Part shown: positions 11,070-23,474 of the stretch, in pieces
Numbering within the stretch: position 1 is the stretch's first letter
How the letters are laid out: each line of letters opens with the position of its first letter
Source of the DNA: Octopus bimaculoides
Lineage: Eukaryota
Assembly (NCBI RefSeq): GCF_001194135.2
Contig: NC_068987.1
Coordinates: 47,225,938-47,272,532 of the forward strand
Length of the DNA stretch: 46,595 nt
Reading direction: 5' to 3'
The notes under the pieces: model-generated
Seen by the model: only the letters and a program-made list of their open reading frames with translations
Told to the model about the DNA's origin: nothing
Databases searched by the model: none
Made by a program: the position numbers and the translations under genes

Positions 11070-12486
11070 AACACACACGGACACACACATATCAAGGATT
11101 TTGGTAAAATAATAAATATTAAGACTTACAACTCCTGATATTTTTATAACATTAAACACAGATTACATTCAAGATTGTAAACTAATCTTAAAATATGAAA
11201 ATAAAACAAAAATATCAAACTTTTTAAGCACTTTTATGATACGCTGAAAAGAACATGTTGAATATCAGAGATACTGTGTTAGCAATTTTTTTTTAATAAA
11301 AACATTTTTTTTTTTCGTTAATGAGGGAGTGATTTGGATTAGAGTACTTTTTTTTTTCTATAGATATGTAGCAGATGGATGGTGCTTATAGTGGACTGAG
11401 TTTAGTTGACAGAATGTAACGATAAGAGATTGATTTGAAGAACGATGTATGTTTTATATACTTTAGCGAGGGATGTCGCTAATGAAAACATCAACACTTT
11501 AATAATTGAACTGAGTCATTAATCCAATGGCCACGAAATGCCTCTGGTGCAATAAGTAACAACACTCGTGTCCGTGCGTGAACAACTTCGTGTCCAAGGT
11601 TTTGTTCAGATGCGTAACAAACGAACTCATACAGTTAGTAATCAATGTTCAATAAAGTTATCTGAGATGAAGAAAAGGTTCTGAACATCTTGCCATGTTC
11701 CACGATGACAATGAGAAAATAGAAGCAATTTAAGCTACAAAATTTACTTTCCACAAGCACTAGACGTAGACTACCATAGCGAGTTGCTGGTAGGAAATGA
11801 ACATCGAAATCCGTATGTCTGGCTCTCTCTCTGAAGTTGACCTTGTCGTGTCGTAGAGAAAAAGAAAGTTCAATCGAGATACGCTCTTAAATAAGCGATA
11901 TGCTACTGATGAACTTGGATATCTTGATATTCGTAATTTGTTTTCCGTTTTTTACTTGCTGTTGGTTGCTCAATATATCGAGTGAGGTTGGTAGCATTTA
12001 CTTTCTTTTCTAGTACTTTATTGTTATTTGAAAGTCGATAGGTATTTTTGCCACAAACTTATGCAACAGTGTAAGGACCTATGTGGCGTTCTGTAAAATG
12101 TCCTCCCTTTCTGTCCTCTCGAATTAGGTTTTTGAGCAGAATTTTATTTCCCATACTGAACTGCTGTTGCTTGTGTTTTCTATTGTATTGTTCTTTTCGA
12201 ACGGACTGAGCTATTCTAATATTGGAGGTAACTCAAGAAATATTGTCCCGAATAGCTGCCATAACATCAATTTTTCTGAATATAGATTGATCGTTTCCAA
12301 AACTGTCCCGAACTTTGGCTGTTAGATTGTGCTGTAGTTCAACTGAAAGTGTAGCTTGCCTTTCTTTTTGATTTACATTAGTTTCTCTTTCGTTTATAAA
12401 TGTACATTACGCACACACACACATAATAAACATCAATACATATATTTAATGGGTTCACCCATTATCTCCCTTGATATAAACTTCTA

Positions 12487-13760
12487 GTGGGTTAGCAAGA
12501 AAGTAATTTCGTTATTTACGAATAGAGTTACGAGTTGTTTTAATGCCTTTTGTTAATGTTATGATTTTTTTCCTTTTGACATTTGATAGCCGTTACTTTT
12601 AGCTTACTTTAGAAGCAAATTGCGCGTAATTTTGTTTACAGCTGTTAGTTCAGTGTCAATTTTAATATGGAGTGCAAAAACGAACATTTTCGCCATAGTT
12701 TGCTCTTTTATTTCCGTAAAGGCAAGAAAGCTGTTGGGGCTAACAAAGAGATATGTGAAGTTTATAGTGCTGATTGTTTAACAGAATGCGTATGTCAGAA
12801 ATAGTTTACAAATTCTGTTCTGGAAATTTTTCAATCAAAGGTGACCAACGTTCTGGTCGACCTACTGAAATTGATGATGACCGAATCAAAGCCGTAATTA
12901 AATTTGATAGTCATAAAATTGTGCGAGAGATTGCAGAGAAGTTAAATGTATCACACACAGCAATTGAAAATCACTTAAAATTTCTTGGACTCGTTAAGAA
13001 GCTCGATATTTGGGTTCCACATAAATCGAAAGAGATTCACCAAGCACAACGAATCAATATTTGCAATGTGCATTTCAAACGTAATGAACTCAACCTTTTT
13101 TTTTTTTTGAAACGAATCATTACTGGTGATGAAAAATGGATTGTCTACAATAATATCAATCGAAAACGATCATGGTCCATGCGTAATGAACCAGCACAAA
13201 CCACATCGAAAGCTGAATTGCATTAAAAAAAGGTCATGCTGTCAATTTGGTGGGATTTCAAAGGTATTTTGTATTTTGAGCTGCTTCCAAGGAACCAAAC
13301 GATTAATTCAGATATTTACTGTCAACAGCTAATGAAACTGGAAGGAGCAATCAAAGAAAAACGGCCAGAACTGGCAAATCGTAAAGAAATTGTGTTCCAC
13401 CATAACTCTAGACCACACACGTATTTACTAACTCGCGAAAAATTATTGGAGCTTGATTGGGAAGTGATGTCACATCCACCATATAGTCCTGACATTGCAC
13501 CATCAGATTACCATTTATTTCGAAGTTTGCAAAATTTTTTGAATGGTAAAACTTTCAATAATGATGATGACCTGAAATCACACATGCTTCAGTTTTTGGC
13601 TCAATTCTGTGAGCGCAGAATCATGAAGTTGCTAGAAAAATGGCAAAAGGTCATCGAACAAAATGGAAAATATATAATTGATTAAAGTTCATTCTTTGTA
13701 AGAAAAGAATTGACTTTTATTCCACACTAAAAAACCGAAATTACTTTCTTACTAACCTAA
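12487..13760 (+). mobile_element. Mariner transposon (mellifera-subfamily-like), full length, decayed
   Basis: TIRs gtgggttagcaagaaagtaatttcg / cgaaattactttcttactaacctaa, each flanked by TA (12485-6, 13761-2). Confidence 0.92.
12667..13685 (+). pseudogene. Mariner D,D34D transposase pseudogene
   Basis: MECKNEHFRHSLLFYFRKGK, RSGRP, WVPH, TGDEKW, WWDFKG, HPPYSPDIAPSDYHLF; internal stops and frameshifts; HHDNARPH appears as HHNSRPH, so a catalytic Asp is lost. Confidence 0.92.
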
Positions 13761-13886
13761 TAATATTAATTATACTTTTTAGTAATTATACTTATAAGTT
13801 ACAGAAGAAAATGATGATGATAATAAACATAATAATGATTCTCCTCTTTACTATCACGGTGACGAACATTTGGAGAAGGATTTTAG

Positions 13887-14034
13887 ATGGGGGTCATCGG
13901 AAATCATAGGAAGTAACTTGAAATCGATTTCAAATTACCCCCGGTAGTAATCTGAAAGCGATTTCAAGTTACCGGTGGTGGTGGGGAGGATTAATCTGAA
14001 TGGGAGGTAATCTGAAATCGTTATACCAGTACCA
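13887..14034 (-). repeat. Right (inverted) copy of the ~140-bp palindrome-rich repeat
   Basis: Reverse complement aligns with 10930-11069 from the ctggtataa/ccggtgtaa end to the ccccat end. Confidence 0.7.
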
Positions 14035-14242
14035 AATGATCCACGACTTCTGGATTAAAGCATAAATGATGCAATGAGTCGAAAGGGGTTGTATCATTAA
14101 TATTCACAAAGTGATCTCAGACTTGAGCTCGATGATGTTGTCGACCACCAGATGTTTCAACGCATCTACGTAATTGCAAGATCCGATAGAATTTTCAGCA
14201 AAATCTCAATTCACATTCTGCCATCTTTAAAAGAAAGGGAAG

Positions 14243-14301
<59 letters not shown>

Positions 14302-14337
14302 CACACAGACACACACACATACACACACACACATATA

Positions 14338-14530
14338 CTCTAGGCACAACACCCGAAATTTTGTGGGAGGGAGCCAGTCGATTAGATCGACCCCAGTACG
14401 CAACTGGTACTTAATTTATCGACCCCGAAAGGATGAAAAACAAAGTCTTTACGAACTCATAACATAAAGACAGACGAAATACCGCTAAGCATTTCGCCCG
14501 ACGGGCTAACGATTCTGTCAGCTCGCCGCC
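14338..14530 (-). mobile_element. tRNA-derived SINE, family B
   Basis: Minus strand ggcggcgagctgacagaatcgttagc...tttcatcctttcggggtcgataaattaagtaccagttgcgtactgggg. Confidence 0.85.
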
Positions 14531-14600
14531 TTACACAAACATGTATATATAGTCCCACCCATGCTAGCATGGAATGCGGACGTTAAACGACGACGATGAT

Positions 14601-14635
<35 letters not shown>

Positions 14636-14822
14636 GAACGGGCGTGCGTGCGTAACGTTATAAAAAAATCAATAATAACTAATCTGGCACAAGAAATATC
14701 GACACCTAAGTGTCGAAATTCTTGTGATATTTGGTTTATAACTGATGGGGGATTTGGTCTTGTCCGTATTTTTTATGTGTATGTTTTACTCGTATTCCGG
14801 AGTTCCCCTGTGTTAAATATAG

Positions 14823-14871
<49 letters not shown>

Positions 14872-15689
14872 CATGTTTGTGCGTGCGTACGTGCTAATTA
14901 GTTTAGATTACGCCGATCATGGCTATTAACTCGATAGTTTCCAGCATGTAATTGGCTAACGGTTTGCACTGTAGAAACATTGATAAATAAATTAATCAAT
15001 CAACTAATAATTTACCTATTTTATCATTCTGTTATAACATTGAGAACTTTTATTTAACGATATTAGGTACCCCACAACTTCAATCCCAGTAGTCGCATTA
15101 GTTACGTATGTAATGTGGAGAAAAATAAAAGGAGATAAATAGGCAATAGCAGTTTAATCGGAAAATGAAAGTTTGTTTTGTTTTTTTTTTTCCACCATAG
15201 ATGAAGTCGACTGATAGACTAATCTAAATGGATCTGGTTTTTTAAATCCAGAAACCATCTAGTAAAAACAACAGCCTTCATCATCTTACGCTCACTTTCC
15301 ATGTTTTAGATGGGTTGTCATGGTCCAAGATGGTTCTTATCTATAGCTACAGCTCTCCTAGTTAGTCGCAGGTCCTCCACCTGTTTGTACATCTGATTTT
15401 GACATAGTTGTTTTGGTTGCATTTTATGATGGCATCCGCATGAGTGCAATTGTCATGTTCTCAGTAATAGTAAAGAGTCCTCTTGACCTGATGTTGTCTC
15501 TATTCGTTCATCAACCATTTATCAGAGTGTACTGAATATATTTTATGATGGCAGTCCATACCGCTCATGGTAACGTGACTAAAAGGGGGGTAGGAAAGAG
15601 AGTGATGACAGATGAACTAGAGCGAGAGGCTGGAAGAAGTAAGAATACAATGAGAGAAACAGAGTAGTTTTGTGTTGAGTGCTCGAGAA

Positions 15690-15960
15690 AGGGTTAATGG
15701 AAGAAAGAGTACTTGAAAGAGTAATGGAAGAGAGACAATGATATTACAGAGAATGATGTGAGAGAGACAGTAATAGCAGATAAATGTTTTCTGGTAAGAA
15801 AGGACGCGAAATTAAACATGGATGGAGCCGGGACACTCCTCGTTAAACAGTCGCCCAAGGTATAGTAAACTAGAAGGGAGTGGGGGAGAGGATGAGCAGT
15901 AGAGAGATGAGAGTGTGTTGGAAAGTCGGTGAGGATTGCAGACAACAATTTGATGAAGCA
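15690..15960 (-). pseudogene. Possible CR1/L2-like LINE RT C-terminal remnant
   Basis: Weak motifs RLFNEECP and YSFFH resembling the YRYxxGxCS...SFF region; heavily decayed. Confidence 0.3.
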
Positions 15961-16019
15961 AAATGGTTGAGAGACCCAAATCTATATATATATTATACAT
16001 CCAAGCTTTTGTCATTACC

Positions 16020-16460
16020 ACCATTTTGATGTTCGTTTCTTTATGCCTTCATGGTGAGACTGGTTTCCAGGACTGCGTCAGTCGTTGTTGTCCTTTGTCG
16101 TTTCTTTTGTGAGGCTCAGTATCTTAAGTCTCCACTACTTCGTCTTTCACATGTTCCTTCCATTTTGAACATTCAACTCTTCTTTATATAACTATCCTTC
16201 ACATAATTATCCTTTCTTGTACACTTCATCCGATTCCTCTTATATTCAGGTTTTCCATCTCATTTGTACTCTAATTCATCCACCGGCCATACTCGCTTCA
16301 TTTCTTTCTAGACTTCGCAAATCCTTTGCATTCAGAGCCCACGTCTCGCACATTTCATACACAAACATCATATAATCTGCTCTTCACTTTGAGTGAGAAA
16401 CCATTGGATCATCTCGGTAACAAGCTATCAACTACGTCTGGTCAGCCTCCCGAGCATTTA
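16020..16460 (-). pseudogene. RTE-clade LINE RT C-terminal remnant
   Basis: Minus strand CETWALNAKDLRSLERNEASM..RWM followed by a decayed 3' end. Confidence 0.7.
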
Positions 16461-17288
16461 AAGGAATTTATTTCGCGAATATAACTAGTTATATGTCTGT
16501 CACATACATACAAAGTCTACCTTCTCTGTCAGTCTGCCTGTGATCCTACAACACCTCTTGTTTAACCAAGTACATCATAGAGAGATTCTACCTATTCCTT
16601 TTTTGCATAATGATCCTGACTATTTCCGTGATGATTGCAAGATCCTGTCTCTTTTCCTACTCAATAAGACTTTGATCTTTACTATGTTTACCTTGGGGTT
16701 TCTTAATTCTAGGGTTTGCTTTCATATCAGGAATTTCTTCTCTAAATCTATAGATTCGTATATAAGGACTGTTATTAGCCTGCAAGGAATCTTACGGACA
16801 GCCGATCTTAAACTCCTTCGCTATGACCTGAGGGACTACAATACATTGGAAAGAATGAAAACTGATCCTTGATGGATCTTTAGCTGCTCACTTAATTTAT
16901 CACTGAATTTATTGTTGACTCTCATCTCTGTATATGGCTTTAAAAACTCTGCTCCCAGATTGTTGAGTGTAGAATCCTGTCAAAAGTTTTCTCTAATCGT
17001 GTATCGTCACGGCTCAAGTTCAATCAACGCATTCTCTTCTCCACTTTATCTCTTGTCTCACTCTTCAACCTCTCGCTAAGTGCTCAGTTCCGTCCCGTCC
17101 CTTTTTCTCACACAGTCGAACACTCTACCTTCTGGAACATCGTCTCGGAACGTATTTTCTCTTCGAGTATAAAATCAGATTGCAAAAGTTCCAGCCATAA
17201 GCCTTGTGACTGCTTCGGTCATATTAAACCCCTCCAGCAAAGATTATTCTTTCTATTCAATCGGCAAGACTTAAGAGTGACCAATATA

Positions 17289-18346
17289 TTGGGTCATCCC
17301 ATAAATAATGCGGGGTTTTTTTTCAATTACATGAACTAAAAGTCGATGGGGGACGGTAGAAACTACCTGCATCAACTTGCTATAAAAGCAGGTTGTAATT
17401 TTACCTTATGCTTATTCTTAGTGCAAGTTTTGAAGAGTGCAGTTCGATTTTAACAGTTATTTTTCGAAGCTATAATGGAAATGACAAAGGAGCAAATTTG
17501 GCATATTTTGCTTTATGAGTTCAATAAAGGCAACAACGTAACGGTAAGTGCGAGGAATATTAATGCAGTATATGGGGATCAGACAATAAGCGTAAGCCAG
17601 TCTCAGTGGTGGCTCCAGAAATTCCGAGCCGGAAACTACAGCCTCGTCCTGGAAGATCTGTAGAGCTCGACGAGGACGTCCTGCAAATCCTGCTGGAACA
17701 AAATCCCATCGTAACTGTTGAGGAACTAGCAGAGAAGCTTGGATTTGGTCATTCACCCATTCATCGACACCTGCGTACCATCGGAAAAGTCAGTAAATTG
17801 GGTCAATGGGTTCTTCACAAACTCTCCGAGTCTAATTGCGCGCAAAAAGTGAATGTGTACGCTTCTTTGCTGTCACGTCTCACAAATGAACCTTTTTTGG
17901 ACCGAATAGTGATTGATGACGAGAAATGAGTTTTCTATAAAAATGCTAAGCACTGAAGACAGTGGGTAGGAAAAGGAGAAACACCGATACCCCAAGCTAA
18001 AGAAGGTCTTCGCCCACGTAAGGTGTTGTTATCTGTTTGGTGGGATATGAAAGGTTTAGTCCACTTTGAACTTTTGAACTCAAACCAAACAATAACAAAA
18101 GAGATCTACTGCGAGCAGCTAGAGCGGCTTAAGTCAGCGCGAGAAGAAAAATGACCATCTTTGGTTTCAAGACGAAAGGTTTTCTTCCATCTGGATAATG
18201 CTTGGCCACATACAATCAGGATGACATTCCAAAGGCTGGAGCAGTTTTAATGGGAAATGATGACCCACCCACCATAACATTGTTTATGTTAATTTTGAAG
18301 AATAAAAGAAGTATTAAAAAATCACATTATTTATGGGATGACCCAA
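17289..18346 (+). mobile_element. Second mariner, internally deleted
   Basis: TIRs ttgggtcatcccataaataatg / cattatttatgggatgacccaa with TA on both sides (17287-8, 18347-8). Confidence 0.92.
17475..18275 (+). pseudogene. Mariner transposase pseudogene lacking its C-terminus
   Basis: MEMTKEQIWHILLYEFNKG, PGRSVE, LGQWVLH, IDDEK, SVWWDMKG, HLDNAWPH, MTHPP; then jumps to the 3' end without SPDLAPSD. Confidence 0.88.
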
Positions 18347-18424
18347 TACATAGAAATAGTCTTGCTAATTTAGTAGAATATACTTTACTGTGAAGGTTTA
18401 ATAATGCTTTATGATTTAGTAATT

Positions 18425-18600
18425 ACGAGGGGATAGAGGCTAGTCGACTTCACTGTATTCAATACTTATTTTATCGACCCTTAAAGGATGAACGGTAACG
18501 CTGACCCCGACAGAACTTGAAGTCAGAACATAAAGAACCAGAACCAATACCACAAGGTATTTTCCTCAACGCTCCAACAACTCTGTCAATCCACCATTTC
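18425..18600 (-). mobile_element. Diverged SINE family B
   Basis: tacttattttatcgacccttaaaggatgaacgg...aacttgaagtcagaacataaag. Confidence 0.6.
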
Positions 18601-18960
18601 ATATAGAGGTTTAATAATACGAAAAGTACGTGTTTTTTCCTCCACCAGATGGCTTTAAATACCAGATCCACTCCAATCTGTATAGTTTTTAATATTCAAG
18701 CATTTCGCTCAAATGAGCTTCTGGGAGTTATCAACAATATTTATGGTTTGTTTTAATTTTAAACATCTCTGGAATGAATTTTTCTTTTTTAATGATTTTG
18801 ATAAGGTCAGTTGATCGAATTTTTTCAATTCACTGCACTGTATATGTCAGACTGATTCTCTTAACTATTTTCATCCGATATATTATTCATATATATATAT
18901 ATATATATATGAGATGATTTGAAAACGCAACACCGAATAACCTAACGGTATATTTTTTCT

Positions 18961-19048
18961 ACTCTTCTGATGAAATTTTGCCTAATACAATGATTTAATT
19001 ATTGTAATTTAATCTTTCCAACTAAATTGAAACAGCTGTAAGAGAATA
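18961..19048 (+). ncRNA. Type I minimal hammerhead-like motif (Penelope-type)
   Basis: actctt-CTGATGA-aattt...aaatt-GAAAC-agct-GTA-agag; palindromic ACAGCTGT stem III; stem I needs a 1-nt bulge. Confidence 0.55.
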
Positions 19049-19757
19049 TGTTGTATTTTTGCAGATGATAAATTATACTAATGCTACGTCTCCATTTTCT
19101 AAATTTTCTTTTGAATATTTATAAACCAAGATTTATATTCAGACCTATTATTTAATGAATATTATTATTCATAAAAAATACTAGGTCAGTAATTCAATGG
19201 TTATTACTATCCCTTAAGGAGGCTATTTTAACCTATAATTGAATGTATATATATCTCTCTTTCCTTTCCCGAGCGTCTAGTAACACAATCTGTATCACGT
19301 CCTCACGTTGTTGTTTTTTGTCTTTTTCCTTTTTTGAACCTNNNNNNNNNNNNNNNNNNNNNNNNNNNNNNNNNNNNNNNNNNNNNNNNNNNNNNNNNNN
19401 NNNNNNNNNNNNTATATATATATATATATATATGCATGCACACACACAACACACATACGCACACACACATATACATAATTTTTTAGACCGTTTTTAAAGG
19501 TGAAATTTATGGGGTCGACTATTACATGGATACTATTTTCGAGGGGCTGAAATTCAAGCTACAATCCGAAGTACCGTATCAGCAGCAGAAGTCCAACTGA
19601 TCTCTTAGCGAATAAAAACAAAAATAACATGAATTAGAGTAATATTACCAAAACACGCGTCTTAGTAAATAACAAAACCCATAAGCAAAACTGCATAGCT
19701 CTCATGTGCAGTTACCAGTAAATGTCCATAACATGGTGTAGAATTGTCAATCTGGAA

Positions 19758-19876
19758 CAAGGATTCCCGAAGTATGTTCTGTACAACCCCAGGCTTCCCT
19801 GAAAGTTATCAGGGGTTCCACGTTTTTGAAAATAATGTCGAATGATCGCGCGTTAAAAAAAGTTTTGGAACCACTG
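19758..19876. mobile_element. Small hAT/Charlie-type MITE
   Basis: Ends caaggattcccgaagt / agttttggaaccactg (CAGTGGTTCCCAAA-type TIR); flanks atctggaa / atctagcg resemble an NTCTAGAN target. Confidence 0.5.
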
Positions 19877-20359
19877 ATCTAGCGATTAATTAAATGTTTT
19901 TATGATTACCGGAGTCATGCCTTTGTACGAATTCATGCAGTGTGTTTGCTGTTGTTCACCGATAGTGCTGTCTGTGAAACACGTTTCTCACCAGACGAGC
20001 GTATGACGTGTGTGTTGATTGTGCCTCAATATGTATGCAGGCTTGCAACATACCCTGTGCATACATTTTAGTAATGGTGATGTAGCACCCATCAACAGAT
20101 GTGTAGTGCTCGCTATTAAATGGTGTTTTACTACATGCACCGAGCATTCCATTATAAGCATCATGCATTCCACCTACAGAGCAGGCTACAGTAAGGTAGC
20201 CACGCAATTTTGTAAGTGTTATTTCTACGTACAGGATAATATGGTACCTTGACCTACAAGTGTTGTCCTGTTGTTCGTGAAATACTAGGGTCAGCTTTTA
20301 TATGAGATCGACTATGACTCGAGTATATACGGTGTGTGTGTGTGAGAGAGAGAGAGAGA

Positions 20360-20600
20360 TCGAGATCGCTCTTAAGTGCTATTGGTAACGTAATCCAGTA
20401 CAACCTATTGTATGGTCGGGTCGTCGGCAACTAAACTGGCAACCCCACCAGGCTTGCTTGGTGAGGAGGGTGATTGCTGGACACCCTGCGGGACAAAAAT
20501 AAGACCCGTCAAAGGGTGGAGGAATGACTAGTCAAATGAACCCACTTATGGTTATACTATCTTCTGGAGAGGCCTACCTGAGGGTCAGCGTAGAGAACCT
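20360..20600 (+). mobile_element. Putative RTE-type LINE 5' UTR fragment
   Basis: Homologous to 33090-33260 (tgcta(t/c)tggtaac...aatccag...atggtcg...actaaactg...ggcttgc...gtgaggagg); RTE assignment from recalled family features. Confidence 0.55.
20395..20439 (+). ncRNA. HDV-like ribozyme core (P2/P3/P1.1/P4)
   Basis: P2 CCAGT/ACTGG, P3 ACA/TGT, L3 ACCTAT, P1 3' ATGGTC, GG, short P4, J4/2 CTAA; the 5' strand of P1 is uncertain. Confidence 0.5.
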
Positions 20601-20759
20601 GGTGTTGGGTTTGCTCTCAAGAATTCATTAGTATCCTCCATTGCAGAGTTTCCAAGTGGTATATCTGAACAAACCATGTCATGCTGTATAAAACTGACAA
20701 CAGGTAGGTTTGTTTTTTTTTACCGTTGTCAGTATTTATGTACCAACAATATCTCATTC

Positions 20760-21477
20760 TGACAGATGTTGTAGGGAATGACCGGTAGAGCGGAAATGGT
20801 GCGAGACTAAGGTATCATTGCCGAGTCTGGTGTCCCGGAGGAGCTCCGCAAACCGGTAGCCAAGCGGTGTTCTGTTTGACCAATATACAGGAAAGGACAG
20901 AGAGAGCAGGAAATGCAGTAAATGACATTACTAGAGGTGCAGGTAAAGGAGTCGGTGACATGATAGCGACGGTGATGGATACCTGTGAGGATGGTGGTGT
21001 TGGAAAGGTAGGAGCAGGTGCGACAGCGTGGGCGGGAGCAGGGGAAGGAGCCAGGCTGGGAGGCGGGGGTAGGGAAGAAACTGTGGTCCAGGATGTCACG
21101 CAGGTCATGGGCTCGTTTGCAGGAGGGAAAGGGTAGGTTAGGGAAGATATGCGAGGTGGAAGGGTCGGACTGGAGTCGTCAGAAGGCTCAGAGAACGGTG
21201 CGTTGGAGGGGTGGTAGGTGAGAGGGGACGGGTAAGGGTGGGGTGGGCACAAGGAAAAAGAGCAGATGTACGGTCCACAGATCGTGCCCGGGCAGGGGCA
21301 GTGTGGATAATGGTGAGGGGATATGTACGTAGGATGAAGTGGCGAGCCATGAGACGAGACTGAGTCTCAGTCATGATCGTCACTGCAGAGCCTGCGTAGA
21401 CGGAGGTATTTGGAGTAGGGGATGGAGAGCTTGGTGTGGGTAGGGTAGGAGGAGAAATTAAGGAAGGAGTGTGAGTC
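20760..21477 (-). pseudogene. Penelope-like element (Neptune-like): RT thumb, Cys linker and GIY-YIG endonuclease
   Basis: Minus strand with frameshifts: DSHSFLNFSSYPTHTKLSIPYSKYLRLRRLCSDD, TYHPSN, KRAHDLRDIL, CSRPRCRTC, FTCTSSNVIYCISCSLCPFLYIGQTEHRL, VSHHFRSTGH. Confidence 0.88.
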
Positions 21478-22134
21478 NNNNNNNNNNNNNNNNNNNNNNN
21501 NNNNNNNNNNNNNNNNNNNNNNNNNNNNNNNNNNNNNNNNNNNNNNNNNNNNNNNNNNNNNNNNNNNNNNNNNNNNNNNNNNNNNNNNNNNNNNNNNNNN
21601 NNNNNNNNNNNNNNNNNNNNNNNNNNNNNNNNNNNNNNNNNNNNNNNNNNNNNNNNNNNNNNNNNNNNNNNNNNNNNNNNNNNNNNNNNNNNNNNNATAT
21701 ATATATATATATACATATACTAGCAATGCATCCCGGCGTTGCCTAGGTGTTTTGACCTACAAGCACATTGTGTTATTTGCTCCTTTCTTATGGGCAGAAT
21801 AAGCACAGCTGATTAATGGAAGTTATTGTTTGTTTAATAGTGAAGGGCGAGGGTACAATTTGCATGAAAGTGTTTTCTGTTCTTAAGAAGGATTAGAAAC
21901 TATGCATTGTTTCATCGTATAAAAGGGGTTAATACAATTTTGTCCAGAAATCACGTTTTCAACATTTTAATTTCCCCCCTATCTCCACCGCAATTTCTTA
22001 ATTTGTAACTTTTTTCGAATTTTTTTTTTTGTTTTTTTTTGTTATTTACGTAGAAAACTAGAGAGATTACGAATATATATATATATAGTATGATTTGAAG
22101 GGGATTTGGTGTCTCTTTCGTTGGCTCAGCAGAA

Positions 22135-22460
22135 GTTTTTAGTAATAGACCGGTAGCATTAAGGCATGGGGAATGTGACGGTATGAGCTAAGTATTTCTT
22201 TGCAATTAGCAATAATTACACCTCCCATTCGCCTCAGAATAAGGTAACGTGCGCAAGGTGAAAAACAGCTTGCTAATGCGGTGGAGCAGGAACCATTGTA
22301 GTATTTGGTCGCAGTCACATAGAGGAGACAATGAACGTTGTTGAGTTGGTGATTGTTGTGTTTGTAGAATGCCCTTGAGGCAGACGTCGTGATGTTCCAA
22401 CTTCGTGACATGTTTATATTGTGGCTGTTGTTGATGTTGGAGACATGTCACCCTACTTCA
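22135..22460 (-). pseudogene. CR1/L2-like LINE RT C-terminal remnant
   Basis: TKYYNGSCSTALAS resembles the FYKYYNGxCSxEL motif. Confidence 0.5.
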
Positions 22461-22685
22461 CATCTTTGATACTATAAATCTGTCCTTGTCCAAAACGGAC
22501 ATCCAGCCCTCCACCGTCATTTCTACACCGTGTAGCATCATTTGTTATATTCCTTTACTTTCTCTCTCCTCCTCCTCCTCGTTCTCTGTTTTCACGTCCC
22601 TATTGTTTTCTGAAAAGGCAGTTACATCTGCTGTCTGATTACTGTAATATTCTCTTCCTCTGTCGATCCATCACGCCCTACCCCC

Positions 22686-22686
<1 letters not shown>

Positions 22687-22723
<37 letters not shown>

Positions 22724-22738
22724 TTATCTGTGTATGTA

Positions 22739-22803
<65 letters not shown>
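22687..22803. repeat. Compound microsatellite (TCTA)n(TG)n(TA)n
   Basis: Directly visible. Confidence 0.95.
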
Positions 22804-22804
<1 letters not shown>

Positions 22805-23214
22805 CCTTACCGTAGCTCCCTTTCTTTCTATCTCTTTATCTCTGTATATCTCTTTCAGTGGGTTCTATAACTTTTTAGCCGCAGCGTAATATGGCCGTTG
22901 TGTGTGTATGTGTGTGTGTATGCGTGCGTGTATGCGTGCGTACTTCATTTTATAGTTGCATCTCTGTGTGCTTGCTTTGTTTATTCCCGCGTCATTCCGT
23001 ATTGATCAAGTTCAATGTGTCCTTCATGTTTTGAGTCAATTCGCAGTGATTTAAGGTAGATTTGGCTGCAATTTTGATGCTTCAAGTGAGCCTTTCGTTA
23101 GCTTTGTGTCTATATCCACCCAGCTATACATACATACATGTGTGGGTGGGTGTGCGTTTATAAGTGTGTGTGTATGTATGTATACATACACACACACACA
23201 CACACACACACATA

Positions 23215-23411
23215 TATCTTTTATCCCTTACTTGTTTCAGTCATTAGACTGCAACCATGCTGGAGCACCACCTTGAGTTTGTGTCGAACGAATCGACCCC
23301 AGTACTTTTTCTAAGTCTTGTACTATTTTATCCGCTCCCTATTGCCGGACCGCTAAGTTATGGGGACGTAAGTACACCATTGCCGATTGTCAAGTGGTGG
23401 TGGAGCACAGG

Positions 23412-23474
<63 letters not shown>

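Noticed and set aside
11897-12000. Hammerhead at CTGATGA (~11908)
   Set aside because: No GAAA box and no valid NUH triplet before the possible stem I partner.
16540-17220. CR1-like LINE on the + strand
   Set aside because: Only faint motif hints (FFS..TFWN); too weak to list as a feature.
20815-21252. Mucin-like or proline-rich protein ORF, and G-quadruplex motifs at 21224-21247
   Set aside because: An alternative frame gives a clear PLE RT/GIY-YIG; the G-runs are a by-product of that C-rich coding strand.
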